A stretch of DNA of 64,000 nucleotides, from NCBI GenBank assembly GCA_964019335.1, contig OZ025669.1, positions 620,001-684,000 on the forward strand, written 5' to 3'. The notes below the pieces were generated by a model. The model saw nothing but the letters and a program-made list of their open reading frames with translations, had not been told where the DNA came from and did not search any database. Made by a program: the position numbers and the translations under genes. Within the stretch, counting starts at the first letter, position 1. The number at the start of each line of letters is the position of its first letter. Positions 1 through 11,000 of this stretch are shown here, in pieces. Origin of the DNA: Diplonema japonicum. Lineage: Eukaryota > Protista > Euglenozoa: Diplonemea.

Positions 1-1088
1 AACCTCACAGCGTCTCTCTGTCCGTCTATAAAGTAGATATCCCCACCCCACGTGCACAGGCACAGGGAGGGACCCCCTTCCGACTCCAAGAACGACACTC
101 CATTGATCACCATTTCCATGAGTTGTACGGGAGCTGTCCATTTGTGCCGCGAGAACGTGTGTTCCATGGGAGACAGTCCCAAGGGGTGTGTGGCGGTGTC
201 GGGGTTCCTTGCAAACAGCGATGCTGGTGCCCCGACAGCTGTCTCCGTGTCCATCCACATGACACCACCATCTTGCGTAACGATAGCCATGTTTTTCCCT
301 TTGCACGCTAAGTACGACCTTTCGACCCCTTCACCGGCCACAACTCTGATGATGTGGTCATCCTTGTCTGCATAGTAGTACTGTACGCTGTCGCTGGACC
401 AGTTGAAGCGGTGCCCATGCGCGTCACGCCACACATGGATCATGGCGTACGAGGAATTCGAGAGACCGACAAGGATGAAAGTGTTGTCCTTTGTCTTGTG
501 TACAGCCAGTGATGTGACAGCGAAGTCTACACGGTACACAGCCAAGAGCACGAAACAGTACTCCCCTTCCTCGCTGGGTTTAATTTCGTATAAGTACACC
601 GTGCGGTCCAGCCCCCCGAGAGCCACGTGGGTGTGGCAAGAGTTCTCGGTCGTTGGTATTACTGTGCAGAACTCCATGTTTGTGATATTGCGAGGCAGAC
701 GTTTCAAACCGCCCGACTCGACGATGTCGCCCTGTTGAGAGACTGAGAGGAGTCGGCACCACCCTTCAGCACTGAGTACGGCTATGTTCCTCTCTCCCCC
801 TGCAAGGCCGATAACTTCAACGCACAAAATGGTTCCTAGCTTGGTAGCGACTGCCCACGGTTTATTGTTCGCGTGCTTGAAGACGCACAGCGTGCCGTCT
901 ACAGAACCTACACATAACTCGATCTGCCCATCGCCGTCCACGTCCCCTAGTGCCATCCCTTGGCCCCCCGGACTCCCGTTCAGTTCGAACTCTGCTCGGA
1001 ACACGAAACACACATATTTCAACGTTCTGAATCCCTTCGCACCCCTGTCACCACTCTCCGGCCCCGGAAAGGAGTATCTCTTGCTCAT
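1..1088 (-). CDS. ITFG2: KICSTOR subunit ITFG2-like FG-GAP beta-propeller protein (3' end runs off the window; absent from the ORF track)
   Basis: My translation from ATG 1088 is open to position 1: ..LKYVCFVFRAEFELNGSPGGQGMALGDVDGDGQIELCVGSVDGTLCVFKHANNKPW..NIAVLSAEGWCRL..LCTWGGDIYFIDGQRDAVR. This matches ITFG2 motifs (LGDVDND..ELVVG, AVSAEGW, CAWDG.TY.ID). Confidence 0.85.
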   Translation of the reverse strand, partial: MSKRYSFPGPESGDRGAKGFRTLKYVCFVFRAEFELNGSPGGQGMALGDVDGDGQIELCVGSVDGTLCVFKHANNKPWAVATKLGTILCVEVIGLAGGERNIAVLSAEGWCRLLSVSQQGDIVESGGLKRLPRNITNMEFCTVIPTTENSCHTHVALGGLDRTVYLYEIKPSEEGEYCFVLLAVYRVDFAVTSLAVHKTKDNTFILVGLSNSSYAMIHVWRDAHGHRFNWSSDSVQYYYADKDDHIIRVVAGEGVERSYLACKGKNMAIVTQDGGVMWMDTETAVGAPASLFARNPDTATHPLGLSPMEHTFSRHKWTAPVQLMEMVINGVSFLESEGGPSLCLCTWGGDIYFIDGQRDAVR

Positions 1089-1386
1089 ATCCAGTGTAGG
1101 GCCTTGATTAATGTTGTGATTGATAAGAATTCAACAGATAAAGTAAGTGCTGTGGTAATGTCGGTGAGTTTCACTGCCGACAACAGCAGCTATGGTACGC
1201 CACAGAGGCATGCGCATTCAACAGGCGCTAGCATTTAAGCAGGAAGGTTCGTTTTGAAGGAGAAGGGAACGGAGGAAAGAAAGAAAAAAGAAAAAAACAG
1301 GCTAAAAATAATAACGCCTTATTGACAACGTGCCGCCACAAACGGAAGGCGGAGTAAGTTAACACATAAGCACGCTGGGGTTACAT

Positions 1387-2304
1387 TTACGCGGTCGTGT
1401 TCTGTTTTCGTTTCATCACAGGGCAGGGTTTCTGTGCATTCACTTCCATGCCCTTTTCTGTGAGCTTTTTGAATGCTGCAACAAAGTCGCGGTGCCACAG
1501 GTCTTGGTCCTCTGCGTACTCCTTTGCTATGGGCATCATGCGTGGGTCGTCGCGAAGGTGCAGGTCCACAATGAGCATGATCCACGAGCGGTTGCGGAAG
1601 TAGACGCACTTGGTGCCTCCGCAGTTCCCGTCTTCCTCACGCATCCACGTTTGGTCGAACAGGAAGCGGTAGAAAAAGTTGTCGAAGACTAGTGGTGTTA
1701 TATCCCATTGCAGAAACGGGAAACCCGAGTTCTGTGGCTGCGTGTGGCCCACAGAATGGCCTCCTAAAAGTGCCACCATCTCCCTGATGTTCATCCCCAT
1801 CCTCTCAAACGTCTCCACCATCCCGTCAGCTGTGTCGTTCCACCCAGGCAGTCTGTTTTCTGGTGTCGGTGTGTAATCGTTATGGTGTGCATCTTTTCTG
1901 CCTGGTATGAATCCTATGTGTGGCCCCGACATGTGTTCCACGGCAACATAGCCCCCGAGGACCCACAGGTCCGAGTAGGTGATACCTGGGTTCATGTCGT
2001 GCACTACTTGCAGTGCGTCCCTCGCGATCTGCAGCCCCACGTTGTCGTAGTAGTCTTTCTCCGGCGCCCATCGCAAGGTAGCCCCGCAGGACCCGCCGTG
2101 TGGCTTGTTGTGTGGATCCCACGTGCCAGCCGAGTGCCACGCCAAACGCAGCATAACAGGCGCAAGCCCACCGTCGGGGTTGTTCTTATAAGCATCAAGC
2201 ATGTTCCATATATCCTGGCGCACCTTTGCATAGTCCACCTCCTGCATGCCAGGGTGCGCAGAGGCACTCACTGCAAGCACCACCAAAACAGCAGCTTTCA
2301 ACAT
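1387..2304 (-). CDS. Class I heme peroxidase (cytochrome c/ascorbate peroxidase family) with N-terminal signal peptide
   Basis: Distal RLAWHSAGTWD, ITYSDLW, FIPGRKDA, RLP, proximal LLGGHSVG, W..TPLVFDN.FY, IML.VD, DF.AAFKKLTE.G; hydrophobic leader MLKAAVLVVLAVSASA. Confidence 0.92.
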   Translation of the reverse strand: MLKAAVLVVLAVSASAHPGMQEVDYAKVRQDIWNMLDAYKNNPDGGLAPVMLRLAWHSAGTWDPHNKPHGGSCGATLRWAPEKDYYDNVGLQIARDALQVVHDMNPGITYSDLWVLGGYVAVEHMSGPHIGFIPGRKDAHHNDYTPTPENRLPGWNDTADGMVETFERMGMNIREMVALLGGHSVGHTQPQNSGFPFLQWDITPLVFDNFFYRFLFDQTWMREEDGNCGGTKCVYFRNRSWIMLIVDLHLRDDPRMMPIAKEYAEDQDLWHRDFVAAFKKLTEKGMEVNAQKPCPVMKRKQNTTA

Positions 2305-2452
2305 GTTAGCAGCCTGTGTATAGTAACGGAAGGCATAAGTCGACGGAGGTAATAACTGTTAATGGGCTGGTTAAATCATTTGTTGGGTACTCTTTAGCTT
2401 AACGTGCTGCTTATCAACGATCATTTTCGTTCATCTTTGGTTCTCCTTTTCT

Positions 2453-3352
2453 CTATGAGTGAAGGGTCCGGACGATGACGACAGGCGAAGACCTGTTGAC
2501 GGGAGACGCTTCGGACTCTGAGGAGAACTCCTCAAACACATCGACGGGTATTGCGAGGAGCTTGCTTTGCAGGATGAAGGCTCCAACAAAAGCAACGAAA
2601 CTACCGAGGACGAGAATAGTATTTGTGACCAGACTGAGCCCGACCATAGTGATGGCCAACATGGTGCCCGAGAGCGCGATGAAACCAGCACGGACCAGAA
2701 GCCCCTGAGTTCCCGTGTCCACAGCAAGCCACCATAGAACACATGATGTCAACGACACACCCGCACCATACAGAACCTGCCTCATCGAGTGGAAGCCATA
2801 TCCCACTGTTCTATATGACTGGTAGCCGCACAGCAGGGCAACACATAGGTAAAGGACACACCACAAAACTGTTCTGTGTGCCTTGCGGCTTTGATGAGCT
2901 TCTAGGGCGAGCCTGGGAAGGTTGGTAGTGAAGAAGACATAGAAGTGTGTGTGCCCCGACACGCTGTTGGGGTGCGTGTTGCACGCCGAGTCGTCAAAGA
3001 GGTGCTTCAGGAAGATTACAATTGCCGCCACACCCAAGTACCACTGCAGCATACACAGGGAGATGTATCCATGCAGCATGCCTGCTCGCCCCCGTGTTGC
3101 ATGTATCAGTACCGAGAGGCATATGAGGAGCTCTGTTGTGAGCAGGAGCGGCTGTGCTCCAACGAGCCACCCTTTTACAGAATCCTGTCGTGATTTGATT
3201 GTGAGTGCGCACTCATCTGCCCAGTCTGGGTTTCCTGCCCACACCGCAACCACCAGCATCAGGCAGCCTGCGGTGGCCGCCATCACCACTCTGCTGTGGA
3301 TTTCCTTCCATTGTCTTAACTTCTCATCTGAGATAGCACTTACCCATTCCAT
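2453..3352 (-). CDS. PAP2/lipid phosphate phosphatase superfamily multi-pass membrane protein
   Basis: Several hydrophobic helices; SVSGH (C2-like) and RTVGYGFHSMRQVLYG (C3-like SRxxxxxHxxxQVxxG). Start placed at MEWVS (ATG 3352), just after a CAG. Confidence 0.65.
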   Translation of the reverse strand: MEWVSAISDEKLRQWKEIHSRVVMAATAGCLMLVVAVWAGNPDWADECALTIKSRQDSVKGWLVGAQPLLLTTELLICLSVLIHATRGRAGMLHGYISLCMLQWYLGVAAIVIFLKHLFDDSACNTHPNSVSGHTHFYVFFTTNLPRLALEAHQSRKAHRTVLWCVLYLCVALLCGYQSYRTVGYGFHSMRQVLYGAGVSLTSCVLWWLAVDTGTQGLLVRAGFIALSGTMLAITMVGLSLVTNTILVLGSFVAFVGAFILQSKLLAIPVDVFEEFSSESEASPVNRSSPVVIVRTLHS

Positions 3353-3539
3353 ATCTGTGAATAAACATTTGTTATTGGAGACGGGTAAAAAGACAGAAAT
3401 GCAACAAAACTTTACGCAAAGGCAGAGAAGGGGAGGCATGACTACTAGCCCGCAAAGGGAAATAAAAGCAGGGCGCTCAGCTGTGCGACTGAAGAGTTTC
3501 TTCTTTTTTTTTTGTTCTGGGAACGGGATGTGGATAAAG

Positions 3540-3961
3540 GGTTTTCATAAAACACCCAGAGAAAGAACGAAGAAAGAAAGAAAGGAAAAAAAAAAGCAGT
3601 CTCGCTATTCGTTAGTGGAGATGTGAAAGAATTGTTGACACGAAAGGGGTTTTGTGGGGACCGGAATGCTGATGTTTGTCAGTTCATATAGCTGTTTCAC
3701 AGTAGTAGCGGGCAGGGAAAAAAAAAAGATTGAACGGTTAAAACTCATAACGCCATGTCAAGTGCTTTTTTTTTTTTCCAGTTCATCAAAAAAAAAACCC
3801 CTTCGTGCTATCGACCCACTTTCTTTATGAACGAATAGAGGTAAATAAAATAAAATAGAAACAAACCAGATACATTATAAGGACTTAAAAAAAAGGGGGG
3901 GGGTTGCAAGAAAATTGTCACTGTCACTCTGGCGCGCCAGACATTAAGTGATTTTCCATAA

Positions 3962-3998
<37 letters not shown>

Positions 3999-4882
3999 AA
4001 AAAAACTGAAGATGCTATGATGTGTGTAGCGCACTTTTTTTTCTTCTTCTCTTTTTTTTTTCCAGGGGCACCAACGCACCGCAAGAATAGATCGAGTTTA
4101 TTTTGCTTTTCTTTCTTTCTACTTTGCTGCAAGAGCCGCAGGCCCAAAAAAAAATAAAAATGAGCTCATCCGGAAAAAGATGTCCGACTCTTGGCTTCCG
4201 AACTTTAAAAAAAAAGAAAAAAAAAAGCACTAAAAAAAAAAAAAAAAAAGTCAATGTAGGGAAGAAAACAGGACAAACAGCAGCCCTGGGGAAAATATAT
4301 GACGATTTTGAGGTGATACCTGTGAAAAGCAGTAGAGAAAACCACCAAAGATGGAATGCCAGGGGGCTTTCAAATTTTCCCTAGTATAGAAGCATCGCAG
4401 TAGAAAGAACGGCTGGTGCCACCTCACGTCATCTTCCTATGGGTACGTATTGCACCTTTTTGTTTTTGTTTTTGCTAATATGCAAAACGAGAATATTTTG
4501 GAGACCCTTAAGAAAAAGTGTTGATACTTTTTGGCGAGCTCATATAAAAAGAAGAAAAAAAAAAACTGTCTACCGGTGCCATCGAAAATGCGACTACCTT
4601 AAATGTGCATAATGATTCAGTTGGTCCTCAGCCCAGGAATCTCTTCCAGGGCCTTTCTTTTTTTTTTTTTTGTATTCGTTTCTTATTCCCCCTTTCGCTG
4701 CGGGGGAGAAGGGCAGGGGGGAAAGAGTAAACATTATTTTAAACAAGTAAGGCCCGCGCATTAGTTTCGTGTTCACCGGGGTGGCTTTTTTTTTTTTTTT
4801 TTTTTTTGTTTGTGGAAAGTTACAATTATAAAACAAAACCCATCGTGATGAACCTCGAAAGCACAAGTTTTTATATCACTGG

Positions 4883-4915
<33 letters not shown>

Positions 4916-5050
4916 ACGAAGCACAAAACCCAAGAAAATTAAGCCGTGCAAGTAACGTGCCAAAGCACGTGAAGCAGGTCTGCTTGAGAGACTGCATTCT
5001 ACGGGGGGGGGGGGGGGGGGGGTCATAGAAGTATATAATAACGATTCGCA
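3540..5050. other. AT-rich intergenic island with long poly-A/T and poly-G tracts
   Basis: Many long A/T runs and a G-run at ~5003-5022; only low-complexity K/F ORFs. Confidence 0.7.
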
Positions 5051-5094
5051 AGATGAAGGTGTTTGCCCCTCATTTCTTTATTTTTAACTTTCAC

Positions 5095-8000
5095 TTATGG
5101 TTGTTCGCACGAAGGTCTCTCTTCGAGGTCCTTCGACTCGTCATGTGGGTCACTACCCTCATAAGCATGGTGGGGGTCCTCTTCATCGTGCGTCGTGTTC
5201 GAGTCACTGAACTCACGTTCGAGCTGCGACCACAGCGAGAGATTGACGACGTTAGAGTGGTTGAAGAGGACCTGGTACAGCTGGAAGAGGATCGTCACAC
5301 CACCCGCAACAAGAAGAACATAGTCATAGCTGTTGATTTTAGGGTCCGCGCGGTAGAAGCATGAGATCGAGAGCGAGAACATAATGTTGACCTGTCCCGC
5401 TTGGAGAATGTAGTCGCACGCCGACAGTAAAAACGGTGCAGATGCGAACACCAACAAGGTGAACAGCCCCTGTATCACAGCACTGCTGATCAGCTGATCC
5501 TGCCCGTTCTGTTCCAGCCCCAATGTTGGAACACACATCACCGCCTTAAACAGCATGATCCACACTTGGAAGTACACCCACCTGTACTCGAACCCTGCAT
5601 ACACATCTTTGTATGAAGTCCTATCTTCGCTCGTGAAGGTCACCCAGTTGGCGTCCCTGTCAGTGGGGTACATGGCATCGAACTCTTTCTTCTTTTTCCT
5701 TATCACCAACGCCAAGTATGCTGGGCACAGTAGTGACAGTACAATCAGCACCGCACTGCTGATGACGAACGCCGTTACGTATGAGTTATCTGTATCCGTA
5801 ATAGTGGCGCAGTCCCATATGCACTGGACGTCTCTGTGGCACCTGAGCACCATCACGGCGCCCCTTGTGATCGGGAGGTACAGCGTGGAGACCAGCAGAA
5901 GCGACACGAACGCCATCTTGTCCCTGATGTTCCTCGCAAGACCCTCGCCCTCGATTTCCTTTGCTTTCTGCAACGACAGTTCCTTCAGCTTCTCGTCACG
6001 CAGCTTAACAGCCTCCTTGTCGTTTTCGCAGTCGGTGAACTCCTTCACCGTGTCTTCTTCAAGCTTCATGTACTTCTGCTTAATGTCCCGCCACACGTCT
6101 CTTTTAGCGATCCTGACCTCTAAGGATTCTTCCTCTTCTGTTGCGATGATCCCCATCAGGGTGATGAAAGCAATAAAGCACACGGAAGAGGCACTGTAGA
6201 AGGCCCACTCGAAAGCGGACAAACCCTGCATAGCATCTTGGACGGAGCTCGAGAGGTATGTGAGGTCTACGGTGAGGGGGATCGTGGCCTTCCCGTAGAT
6301 GTCCTTAAACAGCTGGGGCCACTCCCATGCAGTCAACAGCAGTGCAACCATTTGCCACGTGTCACGAATAATGGTCAGCTGCAGCACCACAATGTCCCCC
6401 AGCGACTGCCCTGTGCTATGCGCCGCGTCCAGCACACCGCCACCGCCACCACCGCCGCCGCCGCCTGCACCCCCACCTGCAGCAATGCCACTCCCAAGTG
6501 CCCCTACCTGCTGAACAGCCTGATCAAGAGCCGTGCCATCGACACCAGAAGCATTCTGCACAGCAACCGCGTGCCCCAATGCAGCAATCTTGCTTTTCAC
6601 CCGGCTTGCCGTGTTCGTCTCTAGCAAGATCCCTTCCTCACCGGGTGTTTGGGAGTCCCGAGGAGTTTCACTGGGCGTTTCACTGGGTGTTCTTGTGCCT
6701 CCGTTACCCTCACCACCACCACTCCCCTGACTGTTCTGTGTACGTGCTGTAGACGGCCTGCTCAAGATAAGGCGCGTTGCTGGCAGAGGGGTGACTTTCT
6801 CTGCCTTTCTACTCCTCCGCAGTGATCTGTACATTGGAAAGCCCAAAGACACAGAAAGCGGTAGGATGGCGGTAATGCCGACAGAGAGCAGCACGACAAC
6901 AGCAAGAGACAGCTCATCCTCGAACAAGGACTTCGACCCGATTGACACCACTGTGAAGTGTGTTAGCTTTGCGTCATACAGACGCACCTCGTCTACGGCA
7001 GCTGATAGGTTGTAGCCAACAACCAGAACGCCACCCATCTCCAGGTTGGGCTGACCGTGGTACTTCTCAGCGTCGTATGCCTGCGTGATCAGCGGCTCAG
7101 TTTCAACCTCCGTTGAGACGAAAGGGATGCACTGCACGAAGGTGGCATCGCTTGTTGATGTCTTTCCATCTATGAACAGCTGCCCTTCCCACCTTCCGCC
7201 CGACCTGCCAATTGTGAGCGCAAAGAAATGCCAATTGTCGTCAAAGAGCATGCTCCCGGCACGGAACTTTCGCACGAATTGCGAGTTGCTTGTGTTGTCC
7301 TTCTTTGAGATGTGCAGCTTCACCGACCCATCAGAGCCGTCAAGATAAATAGCAAAATAGGCTCTGACACCAGGATTCTCCGTGTCTGCGGTGTCACTTC
7401 TCATGTTGCTCAGGACTTCCTCAAGGACCGGGGACTTGCCATTTTTGTAAAATATATTATCAGCCTTCGCTACAAGAAGGCCATCAGTGACGTTGGTCGC
7501 CTTTACCCACGCTGTGATGGTGAGGTCTCCGTGAACGTCGAGCTTAGACGCAGCCAGCTGGTCGATGTATAGTATGTCATCATAAGGGTCGCCCTGCTTG
7601 TTGAGGTACAGCGCGTCGTCGACGTCTTTGCTGCCGCCCGTGCGCCTTGTGTCGTAGGTGTACACGTTGCCCTTCTCGCGGTCCTCATAGATGCAAGGGG
7701 CTGTCAGGCTTGTCACGCACCCCAGCTGTGTTCTGTCTGGGTAGTTCTGAGACCTCACTAAGTTAGCCCCGCGCTTGTTGAAGTCGTACCTAAACATCAG
7801 GTCAGTAGACTGCTCGTCAGTCTCCAGGACACTAGTCAGGTTCGCAGGAAGGGTATATTCACAGTTTCTTCCAAAGTGGTTGTTCGTGCATAAGCACCCC
7901 CGGACGCCTTCCGTTACGCACTCCTCAGCATTCTCCTCACCTCCGCAATCGTCGAGCACTTTACAAGCAACAGAGGTGACACAGCTGCCATTTGACAGGC

Positions 8001-11000
8001 TGTAGCCGTGCGCACAAATGTTGCAGCTATCTTGCGCCTTCCTTGCCGCATACTCTTCGGTGCACTCGCACTTCTTCAAGTACCTGGGAGCCTCATTGTA
8101 CAAGGTGCCCCATTCCACATCGACACACTCCCCGCGTCCATCGCATTCTTCGTCAGGGCTGGGGACACCAGATACACCCAAAGGCCCTGGACACACTGTA
8201 GAAATCAGTTTGTAATCAAAAGAGAAGGTGCCCGTTGTCAGCGTGTTGACTTCCAAATACACAGCAGAAGCGTCCACGACGATAGTGTGGTTCACCCCAA
8301 GGGATGCAGCATCGATCGTTGTCAAGAGGACGCCGTTATGACTAGTGTCGTAGATGGCGACTGCCCCACCGTGCAGCACAGACTCGTTTCTAATGCGCAG
8401 CACGATCTGATACGTTGTGAATCTCAGCAAGCTAGGATCCTCTAGAGGGTTGGGTGCCAGTTTGAAACCACACGGGAGTGGGCTCTCGAGGGAAGTAGTG
8501 AGGGAACCGGACGGCCTTGAGATGCTGTCTACTTCATCCTTACTACCGCTGCACACCTCAGGTACCCTGCAGTCAATACCTGTCCATCCCGAGATGCACT
8601 TACATCTTCCCTTGAACTTTGTGTTGTCTAACACGCACTCGCCCAACACCCTTCCTGATGGGTCTTGGCACCTGTTGGGACAAGGCGGGTCAATCCTGGC
8701 GATAGTTCTGAAGCCTGTCCCACCCCTGTCAGTTTTGTCCGAGCAGAATGCCACTATCACTTTAGGGATGACAAACCCGTAGAGCTTGCCGAACTTCACT
8801 TTGATCTCCTGCGTTGGGATGTTGTTACCGTTGTAAGAGCCGATCAACTTGAGCCCTTCGATAGAAGTGGGGCACTCTGAGAGCGTTGACAAGGTAGGCC
8901 CCACCTCATCCGCAAGCTCAGTACTGTCTCCGATGGCAGCTTTACTTGCGAACACACGCACCTCGTCGCTCTCATCGACATTGAACTCTGTGAAGGCAAG
9001 CACGAAGTGGTTTGGCTTCTCGTCCTCGTACAGGGAATCAGAGTTGCTCATCTCGGGCACAATGGGCATTACGCAGACCTGTTCCTGCGCGTACCTTGTG
9101 ACCTCTTCACCGATACCGAACTCACGAGTGGCCTCGTTCCACCCAATCGTGGGGCCCCAGTGGAACTCTTCCACGTCACGTGTTGCCCCTGTTGGCTGGC
9201 CACGTGTGCATAACTCATTGATAACCTTCAGATCAATTCCGAGAGTCTGCACTAGGAGCTCTGTTCTATTTCCCAGAATCTCAGGATCTAGGAAACCAGC
9301 AACAGTTGTAATCGTAAGTGGCGTGGTTTTCAACTCCAGCACCAGCACTTGGCCATAAACCAGGTGGCGCGTGTTGGCATCCACAGTCACACCGGAGAGG
9401 TAACACACCCTGAAGGTGTCTAGCGCCTGCAGGGTGACCTTTCCAGTCGCAAGTTGACTTCCTACTGTCTCGAACCCTGTGTAATATTTCACATAATTTG
9501 TGGGGCAATCCTGACTAGTGGGCACGAAAGCGAATCTATCGTGTTCCTTCATGTTCTCTCCTGATATGAAGAAGGTAAACATCTCACCTTTCCCAGGAGA
9601 GCCTTCATAACTCAGGTATAAGCTGTTTGCGTGCACCATCTTCACAGTGATTTCGGGGAGGGAATCCTGCCCTCGGACACTCAGTTCTGTCTGACTCTGC
9701 ACGAAGCATGGTTTATAGGTACCAGGAGCATCGATCGTGATGTCATCCGACACGATGCCATCACCCGAGGCACCAACAAACGAGATGGTGTGGGCCTCGT
9801 AGCTTGTAGGGCAGGTTGTAGTGTTCTTGATGAAAATCACTCTGCTGAGCTCTCTGTTGAGGTTTCCGCCACTGAAGGTTGCACGGAAGGGGGCCTTGGG
9901 TGCTGGTACTGTGACACTCAGTGACATGGATGAGACGAAAGGGCTTGTGTCCTTATCACACTTACCATTGCTGCTTTCCCACGAGCAGCCAATCAGTACC
10001 TTGCATCCAGCTTCCTCTTGTTCTTCACACCCGATACACGTGGCATCAGTGTTGTTGTAGCCACATCCCTGCTTGCCGGTGCTGTCCTTGTGATCGAAGC
10101 ACGCTTGCTGTCTACCGTTTTCAAAACCACAGACAGCCCAACCGAATCTTATGCACTTCTTGTCGTCATCCTCCCATGTACACTTCAGGCTCTCAGGTGC
10201 TCCAAGGCAGGCTACCTTGTTGATCGCGTACTCCGCACTAGCACAACCACCCGAGTCGAAGCTGTTGCATTGGGGAAGTGCATCTTTCGAGAACAGGCAG
10301 CCTGCAGCCACGCATGCGGTTTGCTCCTTCAAATTGGCACAAGTGGAGAAACACCTGCTGTCGGAAGAAGACCAAAAGCACCTGCCCACCTCTGAGTCGC
10401 AAGAGCCTTGCACAACATAAGTATCGCAGGATTTGGGTGCCGGTTTGCACTTGTTTTCAGCCTCTACCCACAAACACTCGTTTTCATCTGCTTCCTCGAG
10501 GCACTTCTGCTTAGCAAGCGTGGGGCATTCGTTTTCTTCGTACTTGTATTCGCACTCACTGTCGTCACCATCGTACTCACACAACGCATTCTCGTTACAC
10601 TGAACTGGGTTCTCAAAGGTACCGCAGCTCTGGCTCGTTGTTTCTGGTACTGTGTTGTTGTAGTTGCAGCCCAAAACAGCTGACCATATGCAGTCAGCCG
10701 CCGCCTCACAGGCATTCGTGTCAAGTGGTCTGCACGCATCATTTTCCTTCGCAACACACGATGACCCAGTCCACGAACACTGTCCATCTGTGTCACACTG
10801 ATGGGTGTCAGGCCTCGCGGTGCACACTTTTGAGCAAGTTGTACCCACCCACAAACAAACATCCCTGTTGTTGCATGCATATTCGTTGGCGTACTCATAG
10901 CATCTTATTTGAATAGCCTGGCACGTGAGGTCATTGAAATCCCATTGGCAGTTGTACTTGTGACAGTCTTCGTCGTTTTCGAAAGTGTTGCAAGCAGGGG

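Noticed and set aside
4840-4885. C-box-like GTGATGA suggesting a snoRNA
   Set aside because: No D box or terminal stem at a suitable distance.
3944-5051. Poly-Lys/poly-Phe ORFs here and in 57.4-64 kb
   Set aside because: They are translations of A/T homopolymer runs.
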